Counted from the stretch's first letter, positions 38,526 to 52,283 are shown. The stretch is DNA of 64,000 nucleotides from Octopus bimaculoides (GCF_001194135.2 NC_068985.1:2485868-2549867); one strand, 5' to 3'. Numbers and translations are program-made. The notes: generated by a model not told the origin, from the letters alone.

Positions 38526-39173
38526 CATCAGTGTATTTTGATTTTCATGTCTGCATTTGTGGCTGTGTGGAAGAAACCAAAATTGTTGCCTCGTTAGATA
38601 CCAAAAATGGAATTGACTTATCATCGTTGGCCTTTGGTCTCCTTAAATGGTATGTTTGGGAGCAAACAAACATCTCATTACATTCCAGAATCTACATTTA
38701 TCGATAATCACTTACACTGGGCTGTGAGAGCAAATAATGGACATCATTTCAGAGCAATTTGGTTGTGTTGTAAGTTGTTCAAATAGAACAGCCATGTAGA
38801 ATCCTTGTCTCTTCCAAGATTAACCATCTATGAAATGATCAGATTTGTTGAAGTTGCTGTTGACAGGCAGCCATTTCTGAATTCATTCAGAAACAGCAGT
38901 TGTATTCGGTATGACCAAGTCAATCAAACTGACCCTTCCATGTTGCTATAGCAACTACACAAACCAGTCTCCTGTCTTAAGAACGTCACATAAAAAAAGG
39001 TTGAAAATGATGAAAACAGATATGTGTGGCTACCAAATTAATTTTACTATCACATGTTCTGGTTTCCATTCCATCCGACTGCAAAGCATTTTGGATGAAT
39101 GTCTTCTGTTACAACATTTAGTTGATCGATGTCTTTGAGTGGAACAGACAAGACAGAAATTGCAGAAAGCCAT

Positions 39174-39278
<105 letters not shown>

Positions 39279-39644
39279 TGTCCGTTGTGCCCCATAACTT
39301 GGTTTGACAAATAGCAAATAGAGAAGACACAATAAGACTGCATGGTGTCACAGCATAGCCACAGTCCAAAGACCGAAAGCAGTAAATAAATGCGTGTGTG
39401 TGTGGGTGGGGGTACTATTTCACATTGATATTTTTTTGAAGTCCTGGGGTGAGTTTCTACATTTGTTAGAGGAATTGGCTTTTACAGTTCAGTGTCTTAC
39501 CTGTCGCTAATCACCAGCCAACTTTGTTATTTTTGTTCAGTCAGTTAAAATGAAGTGAGTTGCTTTTACCCAGGAGCACAACACTGTTGCAGAAGTAGAG
39601 TCATGACTTGCAGCCAACATCAGTTTGCTAATATCAAAACTTAT

Positions 39645-39815
39645 GGAAGGCGGCAAGCTGGTAGAAACGTTAGCAAGCCGGGCGAAATGCTTAGCAGTAT
39701 TTGACTTTCATCCTTTTGGAGTCGATAAATTAAGTACCAGTTGCATACTGGGGCCAGTCTAATCAACTGGCACCCTCTCCAAAAATTTTGGCTCTTGTGC
39801 CTAATGTAGAAAAAG
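39645..39815 (+). mobile_element. Nin/Deu-domain SINE
   Basis: GACTTTCATCCTTTTGGAGTCGATAAATTAAGTACCAG Nin-like domain. Confidence 0.75.
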
Positions 39816-39839
39816 AAAAAATTTAAAGAATATCAAAAG

Positions 39840-40035
39840 TTGTGGAGGTGTGTAGCTTTGGTAGTGAGAATTTTGGTTTCATGTCTACAAGATTTTGTGG
39901 TTTCAGTTGCTGGACTGGTTGGTGCATTGTGGCCTTGAGCAAAGCACTCTATTTCACATTGCTCCAGTCTGCTCAGCTATTAAAAATGAGTAATCCTCTG
40001 ATGAACTGGAGTCCCATCCAGGGAGGAGAATATAA
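39840..40035 (+). mobile_element. Degraded CORE-like SINE of another family
   Basis: GTGGCCTTGAGCAAAGCACT core and GATGAACTGGAGTCCCATCCAGGG tail. Confidence 0.55.
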
Positions 40036-40044
40036 GCATACACA

Positions 40045-40805
40045 TGCGTAGGGTTGCAAGGAATGAAGCTAGTATGCTCAGCTGGATGTGTAATGTCAGT
40101 GTGCACACACGACAGAGTGTAAGCACCCTGAGAGAAATGTTGGACATAAGAAGCATCGGATGTGGTGTGCAAGAGAGATGACTGCACTGTTATGGTCATG
40201 TGTTGTGTATGAATGAGGAGAGCTGTGTGAAAAAGTGTCACACCCTAGCAGTAGAGGGAACCTATGGAAGAGGTAGACCCAGGAAGACCTGGGATGAGGT
40301 GGTGAAGCACGACCTTCAAACATTGGGCCTCTCGGAGAAGACAAATGGCTGAGACCTTTGGAGATATGCTGTGCTTGAGAAGACCTGGCAAGCCAAGTGA
40401 GACCGTAACCGTGGCCTATGCCAGTGCAGCATAACCAGCCCATTTAAGAGTACCCTTCGATCATTGGGCAATAAACTGCGCTTGTGAAGACCTGTTGAGG
40501 CAAGTGAAGTCATTGTCATGGTCAATGACAGTACCAGCTGATTGGCACCCATGCCAGTGGCACGTAGAAAGCACCAGTCGAGCATGATCATTACCAGTGC
40601 TGCCTGACTGGCTCCCGTACCGGTGTCACATACAAAGCACCCACTAGACTCTTGGAGTGGTTGGCATTAGGACAGGCATCCAGCTGTAGAAACCTTGGCA
40701 GATCAGATTGGAGCCTGGTGCAGCCTCCTGGTTTGCTAGTCCTCAATCAAACCATCCAACCATGCCAGCATGGAAAACGGACATTAAACGATGATGATGA
40801 TGATG
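40045..40805 (+). mobile_element. 5'-truncated RTE LINE: ORF2 end, 3' UTR and (GAT)n
   Basis: Encodes ..GRGRPRKTWDEVVKHDL; same UTR as 10715. Confidence 0.9.
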
Positions 40806-43184
40806 TGTATCGCTAGCAGATCGTACATCTGAAAAAGAAGCACACAGACATTAGAGTCTGATGAGTCATCTGTAAGGCTAAGTGCTTCATGGATGTGAAA
40901 TCATTGGTCACTCTCTGACTTCCTATAAATATATATGGGTCAGACAAGCCGGTCGTATGTTCCATACAGAGTAATGTAGACTGACCAATGTGAAAACTTA
41001 CAAGACCATAACAGTTGTAATATGAGGACTTTGAACCAATACCAATGGTGATATCAGAACTTAAGACTAGGTAAACAGTTATTTTCATTTCCCACTGGAA
41101 TATTGATTTCTGACATAATAAGCACAGAGCCTTAAATTTAGGGGACGGTTATTGTAGAGATATTGCAAGTGTGAGGTGTGAATTGTTTCGAAATACCGTA
41201 AGTATGGATGAATATTTTGAAAGATGTATTTATTTATGTATGTATATCGACAGGGGATAAGGGNNNNNNNNNNNNNNNNNNNNNNNNNNNNNNNNNNNNN
41301 NNNNNNNNNNNNNNNNNNNNNNNNNNNNNNNNNNNNNNNNNNNNNNNNNNNNNNNNNNNNNNNNNNNNNNNNNNNNNNNNNNNNNNNNNNNNNNNNNNNN
41401 NNNNNNNNNNNNNNNNNNNNNNNNNNNNNNNNNNNNGCTTGTTTCTCCCTTTAATCTAATAATCAGATGTGGAGTAACATTTGCATTTAATTTTCTGTCC
41501 ACTTCCAGACTTCTTTAACAAACTCATTATTATTATTACTATTTTGTTTTTCTCTGTTTTCGATGTTTTCCTAAAAATATCAGTATACACAGATATATAA
41601 AACAGTTACAAATATACACAGCCATTGTCAAGACAACCAAAAATAAGATGATTTTGAATGCAGAGAATTCAATAATCATTCTGTTCAAATGAAAAAAAAA
41701 AAAAAAAAAAAAGGTACATTTGTTGTGTTTGCTGTTGTTGATTAACTTCAGTCAGATCTGTTCAAGCAGACCCACAACATGAGGAGGAGGGGCAGGAGGA
41801 GTTGAGGAAATTCTTGGAAGTAAATTAGTTTCGAAATGCAGAAAGTATTTCATATTTCAGTTTGTCTGAGGCCACATTCTATGGTATAGCAGACATAGTT
41901 AACTTACAGTATTTGGGCCACGGAAAACTTCTTTATAGTACCAAAGATGTGGAAGAGCATCTCTCTCTCTCTTCACTGGATGAATGAAGGAAAGCACTGC
42001 AAATTAATTTAACATTCATGAACTTTTCCATTGTTGCTCTTGTTGTTCTTTGCAGATGTTTAGCCCTCGGTCAGATTCATTCCAGCTCCACCTTGTAGTG
42101 GTTTGATCTGATTCATATCTCATAAGGCCCTCTGTGAGAGAAAAAAGAATGGGTTGCTTCTGTCTGGTAGTTTTTCTGTCTAATGTGACAGTCAGCGCAT
42201 CTGCTGTTGTCTGGTTTGTTTGGCGTTGAGAAGTTTATGTACGGAATCTGCAATGAAGACATACAAAACAGCAACGGTTTGTGAGGGGAGAAAATTTGAG
42301 CTTGAAGGGTTTGTAATAAGAAGCTGATACTTAAGCACAGATTTCTTGTGCATTGAAAAAGATATTATTTATAATAATTAAACAGAAACAGAGTTATTAT
42401 TATTTCTTTCTTTATTTTCTTGTGAATATCAAAATAATGCTTATTTACTCTAGTTGTATGAAAATAACAAAAGATGAGAATTTGTTACCCTCAAAACACA
42501 CACACACACTTTATGTGTGTGTGTGTTTCATCAGAACTCTTCAATAATTTCTGCCAAAAGATTTAAGATCAGGTTAGCAAGATTTCGTTTTTTGCCCCTT
42601 ATTGTGTGAAACTGTTCCTGGATCACATAACAATGAAAGAGACTACAAAAGGTTCTTTAAGAATCAAAAAGATGGCTTTGGTGGGTAAAAAGCAGACCTT
42701 GGTGGGTCTCTAACCAAACTTTTCTGGTGTTTGATTACATTTCTTTGTTTATTGAGTTCTACTGCTGCCCACATCTGCTATAACTTACATCATCCCTTGA
42801 TTGGTGAAAGAAGTATAATTAATTATAATTAGTACAGTTAATTAATTAGTGATTGAATAAACTCTTCAAGACTAAAACCAGTAAAAACAATAAATAAATG
42901 TAATTATTTGGAAGAGAGCAAATTGTTGTCATTTAATATCTGAGGGGGTCCTTGAATTTGGGATTTCTGTTTGGGTTGTGCAGTTGGATATCTTCTCACC
43001 TGTTTTTCATTTTGTCTCTTGCCAAAGCAATTTTCGACAGTTAAATCTTCTGGGACACTACCTTTTGAGAGGTCAGTCAACTAGTTGGACCTCAGTCCAT
43101 TTTTCACTCTGTTACTTCTTTTATTAATATCTCTTTACCAAAACCTCTAAGAAGATCATTTTTGCTACCTGGGTGATCTAATTA

Positions 43185-43700
43185 GCAGCAGAGAAGGTCG
43201 TACAGAAAGTGTAGTTGCTGGATAGAGAAAGTTCAGAGAGTTATTACCTCTGTTGGCAATGAGAGCTCTCTCTCTCTTCCTGAGTGAAAGGCAGACCATG
43301 TGATGCCTGTGTATGAACAACATTGCTACATGGTAGTGAGATGTAGGCCTTGAATGCAGAGAACATGCATAGATTAGAGAGGAAGGAAGCTTGTATGCTC
43401 TGTTGGATGTGCAATGTTTGTATGCAGGTACAACAAAGTGCAAAGGTATTAAAAGTTGCACTTAAGAGGAATCAGGTGTTGTGTGCAAGAGAGAAGATGG
43501 CACTGGTTTGGTTAGTTAATGCTTTTGGATGAAGACGGTTGAATAAAGAAGTGCCAGTTGCTTTAAGTAGATGAAACTTGTGGAAGAGGGAAACCCAGGA
43601 AGACATGGGACAATTTCAAGATGCTAAGCTCTTGGAGGAGATAAAAATGGACTGATATGATTGGCATTTTGTTTGAGAAGATCCACTTATTACAGCAAAA
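43185..43700 (+). mobile_element. RTE ORF2 C-terminal relic
   Basis: MHRLERKEACMLCWMCNV and TCGRGKPRKTWD motifs. Confidence 0.75.
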
Positions 43701-44289
43701 ATGGTATTCAAAAACCATTCAGTTATGCTTCTATGTGCGTGGCCTTGTTTCAGCTTCCTCTTTACCTGACACATCAAGGGTTCACTCCAATTCTCATCCC
43801 TTAATACCTATCATTCTCCCCCCATTTATGGTTCTACTTAACTACTGTAATCACCTGAGAGCAGAATCAGCATGGGACATTCCCATGTCCCAACTCTCAT
43901 CCTCTCTCTCATGACTCCTTGCTTGTATCTTCTCTTTTGCTCATCCTCTTGTATCTTGTGAGTTTGTAGCAGCATCCCCATCACTACTTTCCTTTGAATC
44001 TCCTTCAGCCATGTATTTTCTCTATAGCAAGATACCTGTGCTTTCTTCTCTATCTTACTTTAGCTTTTCAGCACCTAACATAAAGCCACCCACCTCCACC
44101 TTACCCCCTCAAATATTCCACTCTTAGTAGTTGGAAGCCTTTTCTTTTTCCCTTCTTCTTTTTCTCCTATTTTTTGAACCTACCTTCAGCTTTGGTAACT
44201 CCCTCTATGTGGGATGAATATCATTGAAATGCCAGGCACTAAAATGGCCCTTATTCCTTTCAGACATTGCCTGGACAGTGGTGGCCTTC

Positions 44290-44760
44290 AGTGTATTGGG
44301 AGGATGTCAATTGGTCTCCCTTTTAACAATGCTCCAAACTTTGTAGCCAATGGGATTTAAATCTGGAGAGTTTAGAGGCCATAGGTTTGGTGCTTTATGA
44401 TTATAACAATTATCTGATATCCTGTCTTGGGTTACATGAGTTTTCTGAAAAGGAGCCAAGCCTTGTTGAAATATATATGGCCATCCACTGCATACTTCAT
44501 CCAGATGGGGCTTAACAACTGTCTCCAGCACCTCCACGTATCCAGCAGCATTAATTCTGAGACCCTCAGGAAAGATGTGAGGTGTTATGCTGTGACTTTC
44601 ATTACTCACCGTCCTAAGACCAATAAACTTGCTGGAAGTTTATTGTGCACCACTCTGGGGACACCAGAAGGATCTGCACATAACCATCTGTCATTTCTCC
44701 TGTTAGAATTTTGGTTTAGGTCAAAGAGTTTTTCTCATCAGAGAAGAACCAAAGCTTACC
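44290..44760 (-). mobile_element. DD37D (maT-type) transposase catalytic fragment
   Basis: GLRINAAGYVEVLE..PYIFQQ[G]LAP...WPLNSPDLNPI[G]Y; 37 residues lie between the two mutated catalytic positions. Confidence 0.85.
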
Positions 44761-44776
44761 ATGTTTATGAGGGTTT

Positions 44777-45016
44777 TTAACCTTGTTATACCTTTCATTA
44801 CCAACCTGGTTGAAACCACTTCCGGCTTTGAGGACAAACGTTTTGTTTTCATAAGTTTTGAATTAAAATTTTCCACCAAACCTTAATCACAATTTATGTT
44901 TCTAACACTAGCTTAATGATAACAAAGAGTTATTTTACTAAATTCTTTGTTATATTTAAAATTAATTGAAAGAAACACAGAGCATCTTAACAGAAATACA
45001 GTAACGAAAGGATTAA
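44777..45016. mobile_element. piggyBac-type MITE, second family
   Basis: TTAA flanks with degraded CCTT..TAC / GTAACGAAAGGA ends. Confidence 0.55.
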
Positions 45017-45477
45017 GTAACTGTTTGGAATGGCCCAGACAGTTCTCTTTGCTGACATGAACTGGACTCTCCTCAGCACACATGACTCGTATTGAATGTC
45101 CACTTTGACACCTAAAGTTCATTGGCAATAACCTTCTTTGATTTTCTGGAATCATCATCAATAATGTTTTAAATAAATTGGATGAAATGCCGTTTTCTTA
45201 CTGTGTCAAAACATGTAGAATGTTCTTTTTTTTTTCTCTCTCTGATACGGTTGAAACATTCACACCAGAGGCTTCCAATTCCATCCAAATTTTATATACT
45301 AAAGCTCTATATTCATTGTGTTCTACACAAATAGCAACAATGACCACGTGTCTGTTCGCTTCTTGTGCTAGCATTTGATCAACCAAGGAGGAATCTGAAT
45401 GAATGAAAACCTTTAAGATTAGTTTGACAAGAGGAATATAGCGATAATCAAATGCCCTCAAATATGTAAGGGACACA

Positions 45478-45580
45478 TCATCATCATCATCATTGTTTAA
45501 GGTCCACTTTGCATGCTGGCATGGGTTGGATGGTTTCACTGAGGACTGGCAAGTCAGGAGGCTGCGTCAGGCTCCAATGA
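45478..45580 (-). mobile_element. RTE LINE extreme 3' fragment
   Basis: (CAT)n terminus, CATGCTGGCATGGGTTGGATGG. Confidence 0.75.
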
Positions 45581-46211
45581 AAGCTAATCTAAAAAAGGAA
45601 AAGCTGGAACATAATCATGTTTTCAATACACCATGTCTTAAAGGAAAACTCTTCCTCATCCATGTGTGTGTCTCTCTCTCTCTCTCATAACAGTCAGAAG
45701 CAACAACATTGCAATTGACAAACATTTAACTTGAAGTTTTGAGGTCAATTTCTTGTCAGAGATTAAAGATTACAACTCTTAATGAAACCAAAGCTAATGC
45801 TGAGTACCAGCAGCCTTACAGACTCCTGTTATCTGGGAATAATTTGCTTTAGGTTAATACTTCATTAAGGTGTGCGTGCGTGCGTGTGCTCATGCTGCTG
45901 TATGTGTGTTTTATGAAAGGGGAAGCATTATTTCAGATTGTTTTGGCTGTTGAGACAATGGTTCATAAGAGGAACTAATCAAATAATTTCATAGCAAGAT
46001 GATTTCCTTAAATATTACAGCAGTGAGTTAGTGTTTTGATTATTAATATTTACTGTGTAAAGAGTAAAGAGACTTAATAATGTGATAAATATTATAGAAA
46101 CGATATTAACTCGTGACATACATTGCATCCAATAATGTCACTTCACTGACAAGACATAAAACTGAAGTCTTTAGCCAAAAACATAGACCATAAAAGTGCA
46201 TATATACATAC

Positions 46212-46251
<40 letters not shown>

Positions 46252-46744
46252 AATTATTGGTTGAATTTATGTTAGTTGTTGCAAAGTAGTAAATAAGGAA
46301 TTTTTGAATAATTTATGAATGTAATAGGTCTGACAAGACGGCTGACATTTTGTTTTTCACTTGTAATGTCTTATTCTTCATATTCAGGCTAAAAAATCTG
46401 TTTTTCTTTTCCCTCCTGTTTTTTTATTTTTTTATTTTTCATTTGTGTGTCTGTGTTTTGTGTTTTACTTGCAAACAAGAAACACTATGATTGTAGGGAA
46501 ATTCAGACAACCAACATAACAGGACTGTGGGTAGAAACAAACTGCTACACTCTCAGTCGTTGGTGAATATGACATTATTAAGAATCAACAATTATAAAAT
46601 ACTCTTAATTCATTAGTTTCTTTTAATTAGGATAATCACTTTGACATAAAATGTTCGAGTGTTTCCTCTAACCATAGTTGCTGCCATCTCTCAACAGGGA
46701 GGGCAGTCATTCAATGATGATGATTCATTGTGTATACACGAGAT

Positions 46745-46865
46745 TCATTTTTTATTAATTTCTCCAATAAGAAGAGAGGAAAGGATCGGCCCAAAGATGC
46801 TGGCACTCCTCACTCTCCTGACTGGTGCGATTGATGTAGATGATGTGACACTTGCAGATCTATGT
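46745..46865 (-). CDS. Candidate terminal coding exon of an unidentified host gene: (R)HRSASVTSSTSIAPVRRVRSASIFGPILSSLLIGEINKK*
   Basis: Acceptor TTTCCTGCTTGCATCTTTTCTACAG|A, then 1 nt + 39 codons + TGA, in non-repetitive sequence; AATAAA-type signals downstream near 46430. Confidence 0.4.
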
Positions 46866-47611
46866 CTGTAGAAAAGATGCAAGCAGGAAATGAACTAGAA
46901 TTTTGGTCTGAATAATTGCAACAAAGTGAATTCCACTAAAAAAATCCCCAGCAACTAAGAGTTATTGTTAAAACAGTGTATAATGCCTTCCATATAACGT
47001 GTGTGTGTTTATTTGAGAAAGCAATATGTCTTTCCACTCAGCTTCTCACAGATTTCCATAATTTTCTTCTCTGTTAAGTTCATATATGTCATATAAGAAT
47101 ATGAAAAGAGAAAAAAACAAAACCCCTCAAAAACAAAACATTTCTCCAGGAGATATCAATATTGTTGTTGTTGTTTTCCTCTTGTTGTTTGTGTCTATTT
47201 TGTCTTTTCTACGTTTTCCTGATGACATGGCTGATATAATCATTTCTCCAAATTCTTTCAGACATAAGATCAGAATTAGTATTCAGTAATGAAACTAGTT
47301 CTGATTCGGTAAATGTAATTATACTCTTATGTAATCACCGTTGTGTTCAAGGAATGGTGCTGGGTGGTGGTGGGAGCGGATACATAACATTGTCTGCCAC
47401 TGTCAAAACAATTATTACAGGACTTAAACTAAATAAGAAGTAATTCTAATTAGAGAACAATGGATTATCATATAATCCATACAGATCCACATCTATAGAT
47501 AGATCCATATAGATCTATAGATATGAAGATCCATCTTTGTGTTGTAACAACTTCAGGCATTGGCAGATAACGGGAAAGCATGATCAGGGATGTTGTTTGG
47601 TTGAGTCACAC

Positions 47612-47871
47612 CATTAGTTCTCAACTGGGCTCCACATGGCCCTTCGGGGTTCCACTTCAGATTTCTTTTTATTAAAATGTGTTCATTAAATTGCTTATAT
47701 TTCTTCAATACATCAAATATCTTAGAATTTTTTTTATGCAATTCCTAAAAATGTTTAATTCTAAAATTATAAGTTGGAATTTTTTAAACATTGAATGGCT
47801 GTTAGGGTCCATCGAGTAAAAGAGGAATTAAAGAGGGTCCATAGGTAAAAAAAAACGGTTGAGAACCGCTC
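47612..47871. mobile_element. hAT (Charlie-like) MITE
   Basis: CATTAGTTCTCAACT / GGTTGAGAACCGCTC ends resemble CAGTGGTTCTCAACC TIRs. Confidence 0.6.
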
Positions 47872-48469
47872 AGCTCCATGCATCTGTTACCTTATTGTTG
47901 AATATGACTAAACTATGGGACAGAATGGAGACTGAAGTGAAGTCAGGAAACATTGAAATTACAAATATTGCATCATCCATGTATGATACCTTTTTTAATG
48001 GTTGCTTAGTTAGATTCCATTATATCTTAGAGCTGTCCATTTTTAGTAATTTGAAAATTTACCAAAATACACATCAACATAAACCACCTTCGTCATCATA
48101 GCTTTACCATTCACTATGTCTCCAGTACAGCATATTATTGCATTTCTTGATCTTGTGCCATCTCATCCTGTTATGGATTTAAGCCCTTCCCAAGTCTTCT
48201 TTTACCAAGGTTACCAAAGGTGTCATCCATTAGCATCACAAGTCCATACTGGAGCAGTTGATGTCCTTTCTGAATCTTTCAGCTGAATATTTTAAATCGC
48301 AGCTCACCTCTTCCCTTTATCATACAAGTTCCCTTTATCACCCAATAAACATAGAATATGATAAACCTTCGCAAATCTTTTCCCATTTAATACGGTATGA
48401 CTTTAGCAATTTAAACTTCTTAAACAAGACAAAGAAGCTTTGTTACCAATGTAAGGAAGAAATCTCTGA

Positions 48470-48668
48470 TACAGTTCTATATTTAAGAGGTGAGGAATTA
48501 TTTACATTATTTACATTTGATGGATATTTGTCCTCATGTTGTTTCAGCTGGTATACCCTCCAGCCTTCATCAGGTATTTTGGGGAAATTTCAAACCTGGG
48601 TTCTCATTCCTAATAATAATAATAATAACATCGAAAAAAACCTTAGGAATGAGAACCCAGGTTTGAAA
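48470..48668 (-). ncRNA. Family 1 PLE pseudo-LTR/hammerhead copy with internal deletion and an inverted 5' duplication
   Basis: Minus strand CTGATGAAGGCTGGAGGGTATACCAGCTGAAAC with stem III and stem I 3' strand deleted; perfect 26-bp inverted repeat 48588-48613/48643-48668. Confidence 0.7.
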
Positions 48669-48800
48669 GTCATGCTTCACCACCTCCTCCCAGGTCTTCC
48701 TGGGTCTACCTCTCCCACAGGTTCCCACTACTGCTAGGGTGTGACACTTTTTCGCACAGCTGTCCTCATCCATACACAACACATGACCATACCCATGCAA
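48668..48800 (-). mobile_element. RTE ORF2 C-terminal fragment
   Basis: GHVLCMDEDSCAKKCHTLAVVGTCGRGRPRKTWEEVVKHD. Confidence 0.85.
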
Positions 48801-48844
48801 TGCATACATATGTACATCCATACATACATATGGACATCCATACA

Positions 48845-50450
48845 TACAGCTCTGGCCAATAAGAAACCATAATTGTTTAAGAAATAGTTTTTTTTTTTTT
48901 CTCCTTTACTAAGGATTGAATCAAACTTGTCTCCTTCAAGATAATTCTTTTGACTGTTGAGTCATGTTCTTCAGTTTAACAATACCACCTGATATGTTTC
49001 CAGGGTTGGTACACTAACCCCATTGATTTTGTTCGGTCTCTTTTATTGTACAAAGACGTAGCTCTTGCATGGGTTTAAATCCCCAGAGCAGGGAGTGAGT
49101 GATGGATGAATGTCACCACATGATTTGTCAAAAATCTCACAAAAAACTTGTGAGCAGCTTCATTGTCGTTCTGTAACATTCGGTACATTCCTTGGTCCTA
49201 TTTCCTTTGTACTTTTACTCTCGGACACTTCAGGACATTCAAGTGAATATTCTATTGAACATAGACAGAGGTAAAAGGTCTGCTTCCCAACCACATGGTT
49301 CTGGGTTCAGTCCCACTACATGGCAGCTGGGAGGTCTTCTGCTATAGCCTTGGGCCAACCAAAGCCTTGTGAGTGGATTTGGCAGATAGAAACTAAAAGA
49401 AGCCCATCATGTATGCATGTGTGTGTGTGTTTATCTCTGTGTTTGTTCCCCTACCACTGCTTGACAACCGGTGTTGGTGTGTTTGCATCCATGTAACTTA
49501 GCAGTTCAGCAAATAAGACCGATAAAATAAATATTGGGCTTTAAAAAACAAAAAATAAGTACTGGGTTTGATTCATTTGAATAAAATGCTTCAAGGTGAT
49601 GCCCCAGCATGGTCGTAGCCTAATGACTGAAACAAGTAAAAAATAAAAGGAAAGATGAACAATTTCCTAAAAGTCAGAAACAAGAATATCAACTCCACCT
49701 TCACATCTAAGTGGCAAATTCGTTTTGCTCCCAACAATGACCATCCAATTGAATGTGATGCCTGCCTTTTCGTTTCACCATCATGTTCACCTTGTTTTGT
49801 CGTCTGTTATGACATTTTTTAGAAAGTTTATTTTCCTGATGAAACCCTTCCTCAATGACCATCACTCAGTTCTCTTTTTAGTCATCACTCAACAGACAGA
49901 ACACAAATTATTTGACAAAATGATGCATCGTCAATTTTTCTTTTAAAATCATGGCACACAACTGTTACAGATGTCTCCTTCTTACAAAACTTTTCTGGGG
50001 ACGATTTTTATGGATCCCAGGATGTTCTTTACAATGTGATCCTTGCTTGTAGCCATGGAAGTCTTATTGGTAGAAATTCTCAAATTGAAAAACTAGAACT
50101 TATGACATTGCAAATGGCTCGGACAGTCCTTCTTACAGACCTGTTGCAACATCAGAATATTTTCCATACAAGTTTTTCCCAATTTGAAGAAGATTTTCAC
50201 CCAAACATGCTTCCAAATTCTTCAGTGTTCAGCTTCAAAAAATTATCAAGTGCACTAAACGGATAAGTAGACCTAAAACACATAGATCAATGACTAAGAA
50301 CAATCAGTTTGTCAACGACTAAACAGATCAATGACTATTATTAGACTGATCACCATTGGTTTTTATTGCATGAAACGATAAATTATTTCTATTAAATGAT
50401 GCAATGAAAACACTGTTTGCGAGAATTATCAGTTGTGTAATTTTCTGTTT
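48845..50450 (-). mobile_element. Tc1-like transposon relic interrupted by a SINE
   Basis: TACAGCTCTGGCCAATAA TIR-like end; minus-strand fragments WGAK, QNDNEAAH (QDNAxxH) and SGDLNP (SPDLNP). Confidence 0.6.
49265..49650 (+). mobile_element. CORE-type SINE
   Basis: GGGTTCAGTCCCACT..CCAAAGCCTTGTGAGTGGATTTGG..GACTGAAACAAGTAAA. Confidence 0.8.
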
Positions 50451-50540
50451 GAATCTTTGTTTCTAGTTTTGATAAGACATCAATATATATATATATATAT
50501 ATATATTTTTATATATACACATATATATATCTATATACAT

Positions 50541-50830
50541 GTGGAGGCGCAATGGCCCAGTGGTTAGGGCAGTGGTCTTGCAGTCGGAGGATCGTGGTTT
50601 CAATTCCCAGACCGGGCGTTGTGTGTGTTTATTGAGCGAAAACACCTAAAGCTGTACGGGGCTCTGGCAGGGGGTGTTGGTGACCCCTGTTGTACTCTTT
50701 CACCCCAACTTTCTTCCTGTTTCTTGACTAATGCTGCGATGGACTGGCATCCCGTCCAGCTGGGGGGAACACATATGCCATAGAAACCAGGAAATCGGGC
50801 CCGTGAGCCTGGCTAGGCTTTAAAGGGGGG
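50541..50830 (+). mobile_element. tRNA-derived SINE, distinct family
   Basis: TGGCCCAGTGGTTAGG A-box, GGTTTCAATTCC B-box, GCGATGGACTGGCATCCCGTCCAG 3' motif; flanked by (TA)n. Confidence 0.75.
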
Positions 50831-50839
50831 ATAAATAAA

Positions 50840-50906
<67 letters not shown>

Positions 50907-50957
50907 GAAGGTTAGAACCCTTAATCCAATAACACTGTGTATAAACTCTGTATTTGG

Positions 50958-51082
50958 AATGACCAATTTCTAAGACTGTTGGATTTTACTCATAGGGTAT
51001 TGGAATCTTAATAATGGATTTACAAATGCAATGACCAATCTTAAAGACTATTGGATTTTACTCACAAGGTATTGGAATCTTA
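50958..51082. repeat. Tandem duplication with a 72-bp period
   Basis: AATGACCAAT..AAGACT.TTGGATTTTACTCA.A.GGTATTGGAATCTTA occurs at 50958 and 51030. Confidence 0.85.
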
Positions 51083-51249
51083 TATGTATACCATTCTGCC
51101 TAAACAATGGATTTACAAAAAGTAAATCCTTATATTCACACACTGATATATGACCTACGTTGGACTCCTTATTCACATAACCACTGAACCTGGAGCTTAA
51201 TTATGGTCTATCCATAGCACTTACTCAGCATTACCTGAAACCACCTAGA

Positions 51250-52190
51250 AGGCGACGCTGGTAACGATTACGCTCAAATGGTGCTTTTTATGGGCCACTG
51301 GCACGGAGCCAGACAGCTGCTCTGGCAATGATCACGCTCAGACAGTGCTGTTAGTGCTCCACTGGCACAGGTGCCAGTCATCGAATATGGTTCAATTTCA
51401 ATTTCGATTTCACCTGCCCCAACAGGTCTTCGCAAGCAGAGTTTAGTATCCAATGAAGGAGAGGTTGGCATGGGTGCCAGTCGTCGGATTTGTTTCGATT
51501 TCAGATTTCAAAATTTATACATCATCATCATCATCATCATCGTTTAACGTCCGCTTTCCATGCTAGCATGGGTTGGACGATTTGACTGAGGACTGGTGAA
51601 ACCGGATGGCTACACCAGGCTCCAATCTGATTTGGCAGAGTTTCTACAGCTGGATGCCCTTCCTAACACCAACCACTCTGAGAGTGTAGTAGGTGCTTTT
51701 ACGTGCCACCCGCACGAAGGCCAGTCAAGCTGTACTAGCAACGGCCACGCTCAAATGGTGTATTTTACGTGCCACCCGCACAAGAGCCAGTCCAGGGCCA
51801 CTGGCAATGATCTCGCTCGAAAGGCCATTACACATGCCACGGGCACAAGTGCCAGAAAGGCGACGCTGGGCACAGGTGCCATCCCGATTTTGCTTTCGCT
51901 TGCCCCAATAAGTCTTCGCAAGCTGAGTTTTGTGTCCAATGAAGGAGACGACGTCGAATTTAGTTCGGTTTCGATTTCACTTGCCTCAACAGGTCTTCGC
52001 AAGCGGAGTTTAGTGTCCAAAGAAGGAAAGGTACGCATAAGTGGGCTGGCTACATCCCTGGCAGAGGCCTTGGATTTAGGTCTCACTTGGCTTGCCGGGT
52101 CTTCTCACGCACAGCATATTTCCAAAGGTCTCGGTCAGAAGTCATTGCCTCGGTGAGGCCAATGTTCGAAGGTCTTGCCTCACTACCTCA
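51250..52190 (-). mobile_element. Two adjacent RTE 3' segments (51250-51510; 51520-52190 with CAT tail)
   Basis: Same UTR units and GGTCTTCGCAAGC.GAGTTTAGT.TCCAA repeats. Confidence 0.85.
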
Positions 52191-52283
52191 GCCCAGGTAC
52201 ACACATATATATATATATGTATACTTATATATATATATATATATATATATAAATCGATTTTTGCCTAATTTTTGGTATAAAAG

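Noticed and set aside
47553-47741. 62-aa ORF
   Set aside because: It overlaps a hAT-type MITE and AT-rich sequence and has no recognisable domain.
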